64,000 nt of DNA, taken from contig NC_043004.1 of NCBI RefSeq assembly GCF_006345805.1, forward strand, positions 71,672,001 to 71,736,000, given 5' to 3'. Under the pieces are notes generated by a model, which made no database searches, was not told the origin of the DNA, and saw only the letters and a program-made list of their open reading frames with translations. Shown in pieces: positions 24,978-41,853 of the stretch. The DNA is from Octopus sinensis (lineage: Eukaryota). Numbering within the stretch: position 1 is the first letter of the stretch; every line of letters begins with the position of its first letter. Both the position numbers and the translations under genes were made by a program.

Positions 24978-25659
24978 TTCTGACTCTATATAAATGTCCA
25001 GAAAATTCCACACACCCTTGGTTTGTTGTATCATTTTCTTTCAAATACAAACGCACACACGTACATATATACGTATGTATGTATGTATGTATGTATATAT
25101 ATATATGTGTGCCTTTGTGTGTATGTGTGTATTATTAGATACATAAATAAATAGACAGATAGACAGACAGGCAGGCAGATAGATAGGTAGGTAGAGCATA
25201 AAAAGTAAGCATTGAAAGTAGCAGATAAAGAAATAATTATTGATTCCTCATTTAATTAGAGAACATGAAAAATAATGCAACTCTACTTTTTAAGCATAAA
25301 AACAATTATAATTAAGAATAGAATTAATTACATTTAAGGATAGAAATATTTACAATACAAAGTTTCAAAATATGCAGGAAGCAATAATCATGTTACTAGC
25401 GACAAAACTATTTTTAACAAATGTACTTTTACCATTATGACTATATATTTACAAATAAATAATAAAAATTTAGAGAAACAAGTAGGACATATATTCTATA
25501 TAATAAATATGAAAGGGGAAATGATATAATCATCTCAATGATTAAAAGATAAACTGAAATATTTCATCAAACGGAACTGGGTGTCGTAAATACAATATTA
25601 AAATTCTCCAACTATGATGACCTTTATTGAATTCATAGGTTACGATATATTCATTTCAG

Positions 25660-25766
25660 TGAAAAATATTTTATAATCGAGGTGAAAGATGGAGACCAAT
25701 GCATGCTGTCTGTAGAAAAGGTGAATGAAACATATTACGATATCGGTTTCAAAATGAATAAAATTA
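25660..25766 (+). CDS. Host gene coding exon 4 (EKYFIIEVKDGDQCMLSVEKVNETYYDIGFKMNKI)
   Basis: tcatttcag| acceptor, A|gtaagt donor, 107 bp, open in phase 2 to phase 1, matching the exon 3 exit phase. Confidence 0.6.
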
Positions 25767-27169
25767 GTAAGTAATATATATATTTCGTTTATGTATATGC
25801 AAATCATTCTATATATTTGTGTGTGTAAATAAGTCCGTCGTTATATGTGCGTGCGTGTGTGTGTTTGTGTTTCTTTTGTGTGTAGGTGCATGTGTACCTA
25901 AGTATGCATGTATGTATGTTTTGTATACTTCATATTTCTATAAGTATTCTTCGTAAAATGAGGCAACTGAATTTAAACAAAGAAAGGCGCTATCAGTGGA
26001 TTTTGGACAATAATCATAGGTATTACAAATCGTTCTTGAAGAAAAGTCCCATTTAAAAATTATATCTGGTAAAGTTCATGTTAGCTTGTCTGTTTCTTTA
26101 GCTTGAAAATCTTAGCTTTCCCAGATTTTCCCTGTGATATATACTCACAAAAACAAGTGCACCAATGATTATTGAAATAAATTTTATGAATTTATAACCA
26201 GGGTAAAGCGGCTGATGGATCCGCAGTGGTATCTAGACATTCATTTTCTTGATGATGTAGCAAGATATATTTCCATTTTCCGGGTAGATGACTAACGTCA
26301 TTGTATACGACTTTCATGTTTCAAATAACCGCGTCAGTTTTTTTTTTATTTTGGTGCTTGCTAAAATTTTTTATAAGAAATTCTCAACCAGTATTCGCTA
26401 GGGAACAGCGAGTCGATATTCTCTTGATTTTCAATCTTGTGGTTGATTGCCAACTATTTGACTTGTGCCATTTGAGTGAAGTCATCTTTTTGTCCTGCGA
26501 TAGAGGCTGTATATATTTCTAAATTTTGATTAATGGGTATTAGATGCTGATCTCAGGTGCTGTAAATGCATTGTGGGATACTGCCTTAATGTAAAAGAAA
26601 ACCTGTAAATGATACATATCTTTTTAGGTTTATTTGATTACACTCACTTTGTTTTCATTATTTCTTCATCATATACTTTTCATCAATAGCTACGTCGGGA
26701 TTTAAGTAATTGTTTTGCCAATAGGGAAGCTCAGAGAGAGAGGCCAGTAAGACAAAAATTGGCGGAGCGGTTTTAATACGTTGACTCGTTAAATATAAAT
26801 AGTTATTTCGATCAATCTTCATGTTTGTATCAACGGAAGATGGGATTACATTAAGCTACTTTTCGGTAACTATAGAATCCGGGCATAGATCTGAGGATCG
26901 TAAACAGAAAATATAAGTCTGTTTGCATATAACGTATGTATGCCTATGTATGCATGTATGTATGTATGTATGTATGTATGTATGTATGCATGTATGTATG
27001 CATGCATGTATGTATGTATGTATGTATGTATGTTTGTATGTATGTAAATTTACATATTAAATATAATTCATAAATTGTTTGCTATGCTGTGTTCTTGTGA
27101 AAGGATGTAGGAAGTATAGATTTATATGTTGGCGTGTTGCCTGTTCGTTTCTCGTTTCTTGTTACACAG

Positions 27170-27980
27170 GTGTAGGTGCTGTTGTGTATCGTTTGAGTAA
27201 TGTGAGAAATGTAATTTTATTGGGCCTTCATCTTATAGTATATGTTGCATGAATTATGTTATTTTAAGTTATTAGGGACTTATTGTATATGTTGTGAAAT
27301 TGAGCAGACCAGTGTATAGGGTTGTTAACCCAGGTCCTGGAATTATGTAGCATTTGATATTTTGAAGCGGTTCTAATTCTCTAAACAATACTGGTAATGT
27401 ATCCACCCTCATGCTCCACATCGTCTATATTTCAACGTTCATTTATTTGCATTTGACAGTACTACCTTTAGGGCAATATTTTCCTCAGACGTTCTGATAT
27501 ATATCAATGTACTTCTTTGTTCCCCAGCCCTTTATTATTATGTCTGAGCGCTTCGTATTGAAGGAGATCTGTGTAAATCGCTAGATTATTGTGGCCAGGT
27601 CTTTATCATTTGCTGTGTTCGGTATATGTGTGAACCATATCTTGTCTGCAGTCACACAGAAACATTAGTATATTGCTCAATAAAAGTAACAATTAACCCG
27701 ATTATATATTCAGATATATATTCAGATTTGCTAAAAACTGGGCAACTACAGATGTTTCCCCCATCTGTCTACTTGTGCTGGTTGCATATCCTGCATTTTG
27801 TGTTAGGATCTGTTTTCAAGATTATATTTCTATAGTTGTTTGTGTCATTAGAGTGAATCCTTTCGTATCGGTTTTTAAGCAAAAAGAAGCGATCGACCCT
27901 AGATGCATAATGACAGACATACAAAACGAAAATAATGAAGCTAAAACTATACATTTGTATAAAAAGGCATGCGTGTTTCT
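27170..27980 (-). mobile_element. Decayed R4-like LINE 3' part (zinc knuckle plus REL)
   Basis: RNIILKTDPNTKCRICNQHK zinc-knuckle start. Homologous to 58720-59640 in the opposite orientation. Confidence 0.55.
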
Positions 27981-28127
27981 TTATACTCACAACTGAAAAA
28001 TGTTTCATTAAGTCGTTTCTGACTTCACATATGTGTTTTCGTCATTTTATATGTATTTTTCGAACATTTATAATATAGCGTCATTCCGAATTTCAATTGA
28101 TTTATAACAAATTTTCTTTTATTTCAG

Positions 28128-28180
28128 CATCTTATCGAACACCCCTAGATGGTTTGGATGTCTACGTATTATTAGAATAG
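28128..28180 (+). CDS. Candidate terminal coding exon 5 (SYRTPLDGLDVYVLLE*)
   Basis: Strong pyrimidine tract attttcttttatttcag|, open in phase 1, TAG at 28178-28180. Confidence 0.45.
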
Positions 28181-28240
28181 GTTTTATATTATTACTGAAA
28201 TTATGTGCGGTAATAAATACATACATGCATATTTGCATGC

Positions 28241-28284
<44 letters not shown>

Positions 28285-28337
28285 GAATTTACAAAAATAC
28301 AAAAGACAAAGACATGTCTGTAAACAATAAACGGATG

Positions 28338-28439
<102 letters not shown>

Positions 28440-28999
28440 TTTCTTTATTTATTTATTTATATCTAGATCTTCAACAAGAATATTATTGACAATCATTTCG
28501 AAATCTTGGGATACTAAGTGGTCACTGGACTATGGTACATTTGAGTTATCTTGGTCTTCTATAGACTCTGTGATGTTAAAATTTTCTGAATGGGTGGATG
28601 TCCTTTTGACTGAGAATTTTGTTGTAGGGTCGGTTGTAACAGGAAGGTTTCAATGGAGATATTTATTGTAAAGAATTGGAGTTGTGATATTGTTCACAAT
28701 TCCGTGAAGCATGTACAAATATTTAATAAGATGCGCCTTTAGTTTTATTAGATTCAGGACTGGGTCCTGTATTTTAGGGAGTCATGGATGAATGCTGTTC
28801 AATGACAAGATTAGTAGGTCAGCAATGTGTCATTACGTGTAGATTTTAAAATTTTATTTGGACACTAATGAATGATTTAAGCTTTAAGCTTGTTCAGTCT
28901 ACGTTCATTTAGGTCAGTCAGCTTGTAGATCATCTAGATGTTAAGTGTTCACCAAACAATGTAAGTAGGTAAAGAATTTAATTCAGCAGATTATCCTAC

Positions 29000-30530
29000 T
29001 ACATGCTCCTGATAGTTAGGAGATTTTACCTGTTTCTTTTGTATCAAATTTAGGTTGTAGCACGTGTAGGATAGAAATTTGTTTAATGTGTACTTTCAAG
29101 TTAAAAAAAGTTGAAGGTAGTTGTAAAGAACAATGGTTTCGCAGATTTCTCCTCCATGCATTAATTGTTAGACGATAAACCCTTTTTTCTAAAGCAACAT
29201 CTCCGCCAGTTATAAAACTGTCGAACACGGAGATAAACTTCATTAGGGGACAAAATTGATACAAAACATATTCTCATCAAACACAAAAGTAAACTCTGAA
29301 TTGTCCTGCTAGTAAAGCCCATCTTAGGTTATAGATTGATTTAATACAATCCGAAAACAAAAGGAATGCATTTTCGTACATTTTAACACCAAAGAATTTT
29401 ACATATCAATAATAATATCTATGCTTATGGTTGCAACAAACATACAAAGACAATAACTACAATAAGCGACCCCAAAACAGAAAGAATATTACAAATCAGG
29501 ACATCACTTACATTCGGCAACAGTATTTTCTGCATTAAGAAACATCCCGAATGTCCCATTTAACCTAAGCAGGGAGTGAAAAGCGAAGTGATATTATCAG
29601 ATTTCGTATAATAGCAAATTTATGCTGCAAATTTCCATTCGTAACAACTACAGGGACAACGGTTAACTCGTACGAAGATATTCCAGCCCACCAAAACTGG
29701 ATAAATTTAATCCACACCTTCACTTAGAATCCAGTATATATAAACTCTAAAAAATGCAGAAATCCAGTATATACGAATGGAATCCGATCATTCCAAAAGT
29801 ATATTTAAAGCCTAGTATAAACATATCTCTGAGCGTTTCTTCTTTATCATCCATCAAAATAGCTACTCTATGTAACAAGGCACTGAATAACAGTGATTAT
29901 AAGGGAAAAGTACAACACAACACCATATTGTTTCGCAGAATACACGGAAAATACTTTCACCCCGATCACAAGTAATACAAATTGATTAACAAACACAACG
30001 TAAAAATATTATATTCCACGAATGATAATTTCAAAAACACTGTAGCCAATTGCAATCACCTTAAATTTTCCGACAGTGAAAGCCAAAACCACAGCATACC
30101 AGCAAATAGTGCAACCACAGGACGACTCTGTCATACCTTCTAAAAGTAAACGATTTTACTAGTGATATTCTCTATTGCCATCAGTAACCATGAACATACA
30201 GCAAACTACTACATCGACATATATAGGGTCGAGATCAAACCTGTTCAAGATATGCTACAATCACTATAATATTCACAACCCAAACGGAGAAAATCGTATC
30301 TTCCTATCCAAATATATGGGATTTGAAAGAAATTTTATGACGTTTAGCATTGTGGATAAAATATTGTAATACACATTATGATACTAACGTTAAAGCAATC
30401 ATTGCCAATGTTACACGAATGGATCTTGCCCGTTCTCATACTTACGAATGACAACCAAAAACAAAACTCTGAATTTGTTTCTTCTCGTAAACACATCTTC
30501 AAATTACTAAAACCCGTCAAACTAAAATAA
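29000..30530 (+). mobile_element. Heavily decayed Penelope-like element (RT through GIY-YIG)
   Basis: TSTYIGSRSNLFKICYNH...FLSKYIWDLK across a frameshift, and C-terminal NSEFVSSRKHIFK. Same family as 56200-57450. Confidence 0.6.
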
Positions 30531-30899
30531 TTTTAAATATAAGTGCACACACATAGATTCACACGTATACATACATCCAAGGAAGACGGGAAATATATCT
30601 AAGGAAGACGAGAATTTAACCTTATACATATTTTTATAAGCTTATATATATAAACTTATATATATATATAAGCTTGTATATATAAGATTATATATATAAA
30701 CTTATATACATTTTTAATATATATATTTTATATATTGCACGTGTTTAAAATGTCCACATTCGTGTATATCCATAGGTGCCTAATAGTTTTTGTTTATAAA
30801 ATACAGGCATTTAAACATGAAGAGAAAAGTATTTATGTAAAAAGAACCCATAGAATTTATCTCCCTAACACACGAACGTTACATGTTTTTAGGTAGTAA

Positions 30900-31750
30900 T
30901 CAAATAACAACTACAACCCAATTAGAAATCAGCTGATCATCTAAATTTTACACCTATCTGCATAGCATACCAGAAACTAAGTTGACACACCTTATCTTAG
31001 AGTCTTACATGTTTGACTGCTAACCTCCACATTATAGTTTCAGTTATTGATACTTTATAACCTTTGGTGTAAAAACGTAAGGAAAAGGCATTCGATTCTT
31101 TTTCTTTTGAGATCTTCTTAAACTAAGCTTTTATTCCGTATGAAATATACCCGAGAAGAATTTTCCACTTTGCTTCTCTACTTTCTGCGAGAATTTGTCC
31201 GTGGTGTTTTTTCACTTATGTCTTTGTTCAGGTTCGAAAACATTATACGTTTGCCGAATCGGTTGCTATTGAAACTGGGTTTATACTTTAACAATTAACA
31301 CATGCGACTAATTAAGTTAAGCGACTGAAATTTACACGAACATTCATCCTTTTGTGCACTTTCAAGAATAAGGTAAAGGAATTTCCATGCAAACAATATG
31401 ATGATATAAATTTCACATACATAAGCACGGTCTTACCTGCTTGATTGTTAACCTATACCTTTCCAAAAGTAACTAGTTATATCTAGGTGTCACAAACAAA
31501 AAGCAAAGAGAGATTTAAAACACTGTGTGACCTACATTCTGATACACCTAAATGAACTAACCCAATTATGTGAATTAAATTGCTAGACTGGACTTCCAAA
31601 TATAACGTTCATATTCCGAAAGCAAAAGGATAACCCTGTGATTTATCATCCTTTACTGACCAATTAAATTCGATAACAATTCAATGTAGTCAACAACTAA
31701 TCCACACATATAGACCTACTAATCATTTCAACCACTAATATCCTTATATG
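30900..31750 (+). mobile_element. Old interspersed repeat with a second copy at 55085-55950 on the minus strand (possibly PLE RT-derived)
   Basis: Shared blocks such as ataacctttggtgtaaaaac, gcgagaatttgtc, tgccgaat.ggttg.tattgaa.ctgggttt, cc(g)gaaa.caaaaggataa and gacctactaa. Confidence 0.5.
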
Positions 31751-32233
31751 AATCCCGAAAAAAGAAAATGACCTGAAACTGATGCAAATAAATAGAAACA
31801 CCCGATTACGAATTTCTCGTGTGTGACTTAAAAGTGAACAATAACACAACTCCAGATTTCGTCAACAACAATCTTCCATGACGCCTTTTCATTGCAACCA
31901 TCTCTACAATATAATTCTCAGTAGACAGAAACTCACGTACTCGGAACATTTTAACTCATCAGAGACTGTATATGCTGAGAGTAAATAAAATGTGCCAAAA
32001 TCCATTGAAGATTTAGCAGACTGGAGCATCGAACTCTCTGTCAATACACTTGTTAATGAATAAGGAGTACTGTAGAAAGAATACTGACTGCAAAGAGTGT
32101 CTAGCAATATTTTACTTCAATAAAAATTTGTTTTCTTTATAATTTAATATCAAAACAGGCATATATACGCATCTGCATATAAGAGAATTTGGGTGAATGT
32201 GCGTATATACATATATGTATGACTTAATGTATG

Positions 32234-32289
<56 letters not shown>

Positions 32290-32610
32290 CATTTATCTAT
32301 ATCTATATTTATCCGTATATATATATATATGTATATATATATAAATAAATATATATATATATACATATATCAGCAAAATTTAGATTCAAATGAATATGGT
32401 ACTTAATTTAGATGAACCAGAATTTTGTATGGTGTTATCCATATAAATCCATGGGATGATTATAATCAAAATAAGCAACAAGAATAACTTCGGTAATTTG
32501 GAAGTTATTCTTGTTGCTTATTTGGATATATATATATGTACATATATATGTAAATATAGAATGAGAGTCATATGTGTGTGTGTGTATATAACCATCAACC
32601 ATACTCTATA

Positions 32611-32648
<38 letters not shown>

Positions 32649-32739
32649 GTGTGTGTGCTTTTGTGTTGTGTGTATGTGTCTAAGCACTCACTCATACACA
32701 GATGCACCCACACAAATACACACACACGCAGATTGCATT

Positions 32740-33600
32740 CCAGAAGTATTGAGACATTTTCAGATTTGATATTAATTTCTAAGCGATTTTTAAACTACTA
32801 CAAATTAGAATCCACTGACCACTGTACACTTTCATCTTTTAAATGTCTTGAAAATTGTTGCCCCATTTGTTCTCCCTCCGCCTGGAGAACAACCAATGTC
32901 ACAAAGAGCAACATCTAGGAAGTGAGGAAGGTGAGACAAAGATTTGATATCCTTATCTGTCAAGTAGATGGTTACAGAGATGGAATTTTGGACAAATGCA
33001 TTGTTCAGCTGTACGTGCCACCGATACTAGTGTGGTAGCTCATGACATTTGGAAATATTCTATTCCTCAAACCATTCAAAACCTCGATAAAAGACTCTTT
33101 GTTGACCACCTGGCCAATGAGAATCCACTGATAGTAATCTATATTCTTGTCGACAAAAAAAGGATCTTCAAGAGGTATTCGGTGTAGTTTCTATGGCTAG
33201 TAGTTCTGTAGGATGTAGGATGCTTCAGTTCGGTTTCCTGTTCATTGGTCTTTGCATCATAATAGTTGTCCTCGCTTTCCTCATAGACAAGTACACTTTT
33301 GTGAAAATAATTATCTAAACCATCTCCTTGCTGCCACCAAACTTCCGTTCTTTTCTTTTCGTCAATGTGTATTCTAGTTAGAATGTTTGCGCAAGTACAG
33401 ACCTTGATGCATAATACTGTGTACAATTACCAAACCAACTCCATTCTGTTTGCATAGACACATGACGGGCTTATCCAGAAATTTACGAACTTTCTCAACC
33501 CGCTCTCATGTTTCAACGTCTATATAACCCAACACCACTCATCATCTTTCACTGTCCATCTACCGACATTGACTCTCTCGTCCCAGAGATAAATTCTTGG
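32740..33600 (-). mobile_element. Highly decayed non-LTR retrotransposon fragment (probably R4-like)
   Basis: Weak RLY..R..G.GL-type and post-RT motifs on the minus strand, with many stops. Confidence 0.35.
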
Positions 33601-34589
33601 TCAGTTCACACAAGATAATCTATATGCGACCTGAAGACGTTTTGCCCAGTTTAACACAAAAACTTTTATTGCATAAGCAAACTTCTGAATGGTCTTCACG
33701 ACTCGAGTGCATCCTGGAAACTACTCAACTGTCTCAAGTAGATCATGGTAGGTTGAGTTCAAAGTATTATTACAGCTGCATCTTATAGTCTGTTATAAAA
33801 ATCACTAACCATTAATGGTCAGCTTGTAAGATGTCTAGTATTGATATACTTACATTGCAATAATCTAGACAGTTAAAATTATCTCTCCTGAAACAAAGCC
33901 TGAACATTTCTGGAATACAGTTAATACATTCTTTCCTGGAACATTGAATGACGAGTAGAAAAAGAGGCCCGGCATCCACTGGCAGTTTTCGACATTTTCT
34001 CTCCGGAATATGTTTTATAACCCTATTGATGCACGTATTCTATACGATCTATGGCTCTACTTCACTGGTTCTGAGAAGAAATATTTTGATATATGGACGA
34101 ATATCTACATATACATAAGATACTTTGCTGAGAAGGAACTGCCAGTTAATTCGACTCTAGTATGCTAGAGTGTCAGTTTACCAAATGCCGTCAAGCATAT
34201 TGTCCAGTTTCCTAACGGTTCTTCCACGCCGCCGCCTTATTCAACTGATATGATACTGTTTAATTTTTCATATCGTCACGCTTTGGAAAGCTAAGTACAC
34301 GTTTTGACACCTCTCACTCATATATATTTCACTTACTTTTGACATGCTAAAGGATATGACATTTTATGACTGTTATTTTGTTATTTATCTGCATTCGAAT
34401 ATTATTTAACTTTCAATATTATAATGAATACACACATTTTTAATAAAGCTCAGTTTCCACTGTTATTCACACGCTCTGCCTTTTTATTTTATGCTTAAAT
34501 GTTGTTTTTCCTTTACTTTGTTACATAATTAACCCTTCATGGGCGGGCAGTGGCCCTTGATACGCCATAAAATTTTTAAAATTATACAA

Positions 34590-35100
34590 CAAATGAATTT
34601 ATTTTTGAACAAAATAGTGCCTGGTAACTGTGATTGGATTCTCTATAGAAATATCAATCGCAAAAGACACTTGGTAGGGAAGGGAGAAACACCGACACGC
34701 GGACAACAGAAGGTCTTCAGCTACGTGAGGTGTTGTCTGTTTTGTGGGATAGAAAAAGTTTCGTGCACTTTGAACTTTTAAACCCAAACCTAACAGTAAC
34801 TAAGGAGATCTGCGAGCAGCTTGTGTGACCTCATTCAGCACTAGACGAAAGACGTCCATCTTTGTTTTCAAGACGAATGTTGGGTTTTCCATTAAGGATA
34901 AAGCTCAGCCACATAAAGTGAGGATGACATTCAAAAGCCTGGAGTATTTTGAATGGAAAAGGATGCCCCGTCCAACATATTCGCCGGGCATTGCCTCATC
35001 TGATTATCATTTATTCCGCAGTCCTCAGAATCCATATTGACGAAAACATATGAATTCTGTAGACGAGGACAGAACAGCACTGGAGGAGTATTCACCTACT
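34590..35100 (+). mobile_element. Decayed mariner transposase catalytic-domain fragment
   Basis: FLNKIVPGNCDWILYRNINRKR..GKGETP; WDRKSFVHFELL; PRPTYSPGIASSDYHLFRSPQN. Confidence 0.8.
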
Positions 35101-35510
35101 TTTGCCATTTTTAAAGGACAAGAATCAACTCATCATTTTCTATTGAAAGAACTGACCTGCAATAAAGATGCAAACACACTTTTTCTTCTTTCTCTCTTCC
35201 TTCTTACTTTCTTTCTCTTTTTCACTGACACTCCTTTCAGATACACACACATACACACACTCACACACTCTCTCTCTCAATTTCTCCCTATTCCTCAAAC
35301 TCTTTTACTATCTTATATCTCTCCTCAGCCCTACACACTCAATAATACTATAAAAAGAGACGAATCCTCTTACTCTTAAACAAATTCAAATCTGTAGATT
35401 CTACTAGAGTAGATACAAGCGCTGATATATGAATTATAAAACGTGACATATTAATAAAAATCTGTAAATGTAAACCCATCCAGATTTCTGAGTACCTTAT
35501 TTCTTCTAGC

Positions 35511-35554
<44 letters not shown>

Positions 35555-35969
35555 GGAGTACACCATGAACTTTCAGGTGATTCTCTCAAAGTGAGGCCCT
35601 TCTATGTCAGCGATTGTGTTAATATTTGCGATCGCTACAAACGTAGATCTATAAACTAAAATCTATATTGTACAAAAATAAAAAAAGTAATTATAACTTA
35701 AACTGATTAGAACTACCAGTAAAGTGATTTGATTTCCTTTTCCAAAGGTATATTTAAGAGGGTGTATAAATGTACGTGTTGTAGATATGTGTATAAGCAT
35801 ACACACAAAATCATGGATTTGGATTCATAAATTTTTAGGTTTTAATTTTTCCTTCATCAATCCACATAGGACGTTTCTTTTAGAAAATATCTTATTTCAA
35901 GTATTTTGTATTCTTATATTCTTACATACATACCTAAATAGATGCATATAGATAGATGATATATATATA

Positions 35970-38575
<2,606 letters not shown>

Positions 38576-38598
38576 ACACAAGCGGAAGGAAGAGGGGG

Positions 38599-39428
38599 TT
38601 ACTTACTGCTCGAAAGGTTTTGCTTTTTCCTCCCTTTGTTTGTAGTCGAGGAGATCCCAGTAAAGTTCTTCGTGACGTATTTTTGGCATTTACCAACCGC
38701 ACTAGGAAAAATGCCTTTTAGTGTGCGGTGTAGACTTCTGGATAAGTGTAACAATTTGATGTGATCCGGTGGTGTTGTGTATGTGTGATTGTTTATTTTT
38801 ATGTCATCTTCTGTTATGTTTGATCTTGATTTGATGTATTCCATCAAATCTGCGTTTTTAGTGTCTATAGCTGCGACCATGTTTGCTGTATATATTTTTG
38901 TGGTGTTGGTGATGCTGTTGTTTGTGGTGGGTTTTGAAATGTCTTCGGGAGATGTATATCCCACTGCTTTGTTCGTGTTTGCATTTGGTTTGAATGTTTT
39001 TCTGCTCCTTTCCCTCCTTCCTTTTCTGGCTATTTGCCATTCCTCACTGGTTTCGTCCTCCAACGAAATTTCTGAGGAATCGGACGGGGGTAGAGGCATG
39101 TTGTGGGCTTCTATGGTAGTTTGTGTAAGTGGTTGTGTTGCTGTTTTCGTTGGTGTTGTATGTTGGCTCTTTGTTTGTGGTGTATGTGATCTAGGCGAAG
39201 GGGTGTAAGTTTTTCTGATTTCTTCTGGTTTTTCAATTTCTTTAGTTGTTGTTGTTGGTGTTTTTCCAGGCGTTGGTGTATGTTTATTTGTTGGGGTTGG
39301 CGTGTTTTGTTTGTGTGTTTCTTTTGTTGTACTCCCTTTGCTTGTCTTCTGTGTTGGTGGTGGCGTGCGTATAGATAGATACAGATGAATTTACTCCAAA
39401 TATATGTAAATGCAATAAAAGGAAGCAT
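38599..39428 (-). other. Low-complexity Q/K/T/N-rich ORFs upstream of the Tx1-like ORF2 (possible ORF1 remnant)
   Basis: Overlapping ORFs 39111-39428 and 38599-39099 lie on the same strand directly 5' of the endonuclease. No diagnostic motif was seen. Confidence 0.35.
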
Positions 39429-41269
39429 CGCAAGACGGATAAAGTCTAATCCGATTTTAGTTTAACGCTTTGTTAGGAAGTGAAAAATCGGTAACATTTC
39501 TGACGTTAGTCCGTCATGAGAAGAAGGTGAGAAGCATAGATTTGAATTAAGAAAGTGGAATAGTCAGTGACAGAAGAAAAGAGAGAGGGAGAGGGAGAAT
39601 ATCGGACCAATCCAAAGGAAACAAGCAAATACAGTTCTATGAAAAACATCCATTTCTGGAAATTCGGATATAGAAAAGGTATGTGTGAGTGGTTGTTTGG
39701 CGTGTGTGATTAATACGTAAATGTGTGATGCGACAGAAGCGAGCGCGCGTTTATTCACACGGCTAACTCTCTGTCACTTAACGTAACTCACGTTTAGCAT
39801 ATCCTTGGAAAGATCACCTGAGTTCGTTTTACAATTTAAAGCAAAGGTACTGTTGTGTTTCTTATTTCAGTGTCTTTCACCAGCATTTATCTCTGTTCAG
39901 ATTGGAAACAGAATACATTTCTTACACATATGCTTTTTACATATTTTTCATGTTATTTTTCATTAAAAATTCTCGAACATTTCGCTGCACGCAAAGACAG
40001 GTTCAGAGATTTGCATTCCGAATGAAATATTTGAATAGTGTCTATTCTTTGCTTTTGTACTTTTAAAAAAAAATGCACTTATTCTTATATCTGCCGTGAC
40101 GCAGATATTCTTTACATCTTTGATAAATAAAATATTCTTTTCCAAAAATAATCTCGACTATCATATTTCTAAAGCACTTCTCTTTTCTCCATTTCAAGTA
40201 CAACATATAATTAATTTTAAAATCGGTGACCCAAATGAGAGAAACATTATTGGGCAACATACCCAATCAACGATTTAAAAGCCTTTTAAAAACTTTTGAT
40301 ACTACATTTAAAGATCTCTGAATTTTACATCATTCCACCTTTCGAACACAAGATTTCCGACTACATAATGTCTACGTTTTCCTCTATGGCAGTTGGTGGT
40401 GCTCACTTCCATATCAAAGTTTCTTGATATATTTTTCATGGCATTATACAAAGAGACTTAGATAGGAAAACACCCTGAAAGTTTTCCTGTCCTACACTAA
40501 ATCCCGAAACACACCTGTAGTCAAAGTATTACCTTTGCTTCCGAAAAACAGAACAATCAATTGAATAAATGGAGGAATTATTTTGTTTCTTCACCAAAAT
40601 TGAAGAATCTATATTGCTGACAACTGTAGTTCCTGGCTAAACTCTACGAAGAGTATCGGATACTCTTTTATTATCTTCTTATATGCATTATTGAAGACAG
40701 GTATGTTTTAAAAACCGAGTTTCTTTTCATATCAGCCGCTGGGTAATTTATCCTTCTGTTTAGTTTTCATTGCTCATAGTAATTTTAAAATAACGGTAAC
40801 TTTATTTTTAGTTACAAACACTGGAATTAGTAATTTATTTTAAAATCATTTTTGTTTGGATATTAATTTCTCTGGTCAGCTTTCGTAGATATTTCTATCT
40901 ACATACACATTCATATTATAGACAGTTCTTAGGCACACACACATACACATACATACACACACACACACAAACACGCGCCCGCACACATTACCCAACAAGC
41001 ACACACTATGGGATGACAAACGAAACAAATCAAGGGCGGAAAACCTCACAAGACTCAGCAGCAGTCTACGTTTTGAGACACGAGATAGATATCCAATGAT
41101 ATACCACCAGTAAGTGTTAAGAATGTATTGTGTCATCCCATAATTAATGCGGCTTTTTTTATGTATCTTATCTTTTCAAAATTGAGATACAGACATATCT
41201 TTTTTAATCTAAAATATACTATCCTACATTTTGAGCAATGCCCTTCCATCTACGTAGTAGGCGTGCAAG

Positions 41270-41660
41270 AACCCTCATCCAATATTCACATGCCCGTAAC
41301 GAAAAATACTATTTCATATATGGTGTCCCTTGTCCACCACCACTACGTCCGGTCAGTTATGCTCCAGCACCTGATCTGTTTGGATTGGGAAATTACAGTG
41401 AAATTCTCCGACTCTCCCATTCTCTATGGTTTCTGCTAATACCACGTCTAACCTCTATCTAACCCCCTCTCTTCACACAATTTCAAGTATAGCACGTTCG
41501 TTAACTTATTGTGTCGCCACTGGAACATTCGTTCATGATATGGGCAATGGTTTCATCCACTCTATTGCAGATGCGACACAACGGAGAGATTTGATCATTC
41601 TTCAGGTCGAATTTCCAGTTCGTTCCCAGACGTTATTTCTGAGCTGCCAATTTAGTGCTC
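41270..41660 (-). mobile_element. R4-like LINE fragment (zinc knuckle plus start of REL)
   Basis: SPLCRICNRVDETIAHIMNEC...RHNK...FPIQTDQVLEHN*PDVVVVDK. Confidence 0.75.
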
Positions 41661-41706
41661 TCGGGTCTCTTGTGTTGTTGTTGTTGTTCTTGTTGTTGTT
41701 CTTGTT

Positions 41707-41738
<32 letters not shown>

Positions 41739-41815
41739 TATTGTTATTGTTATTGTTGTTGATGTTATTGTTGTTGTTGTTGTTGTTATTATTATTATTA
41801 TCATCATCATCATCA

Positions 41816-41853
<38 letters not shown>

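Noticed and set aside
26100-26700. Alternative terminal exons (tttcccag|ATTTT..., ctttttag|GTTTA...)
   Set aside because: They are phase-compatible but have weaker acceptors than 28128. They cannot be excluded without RNA data.
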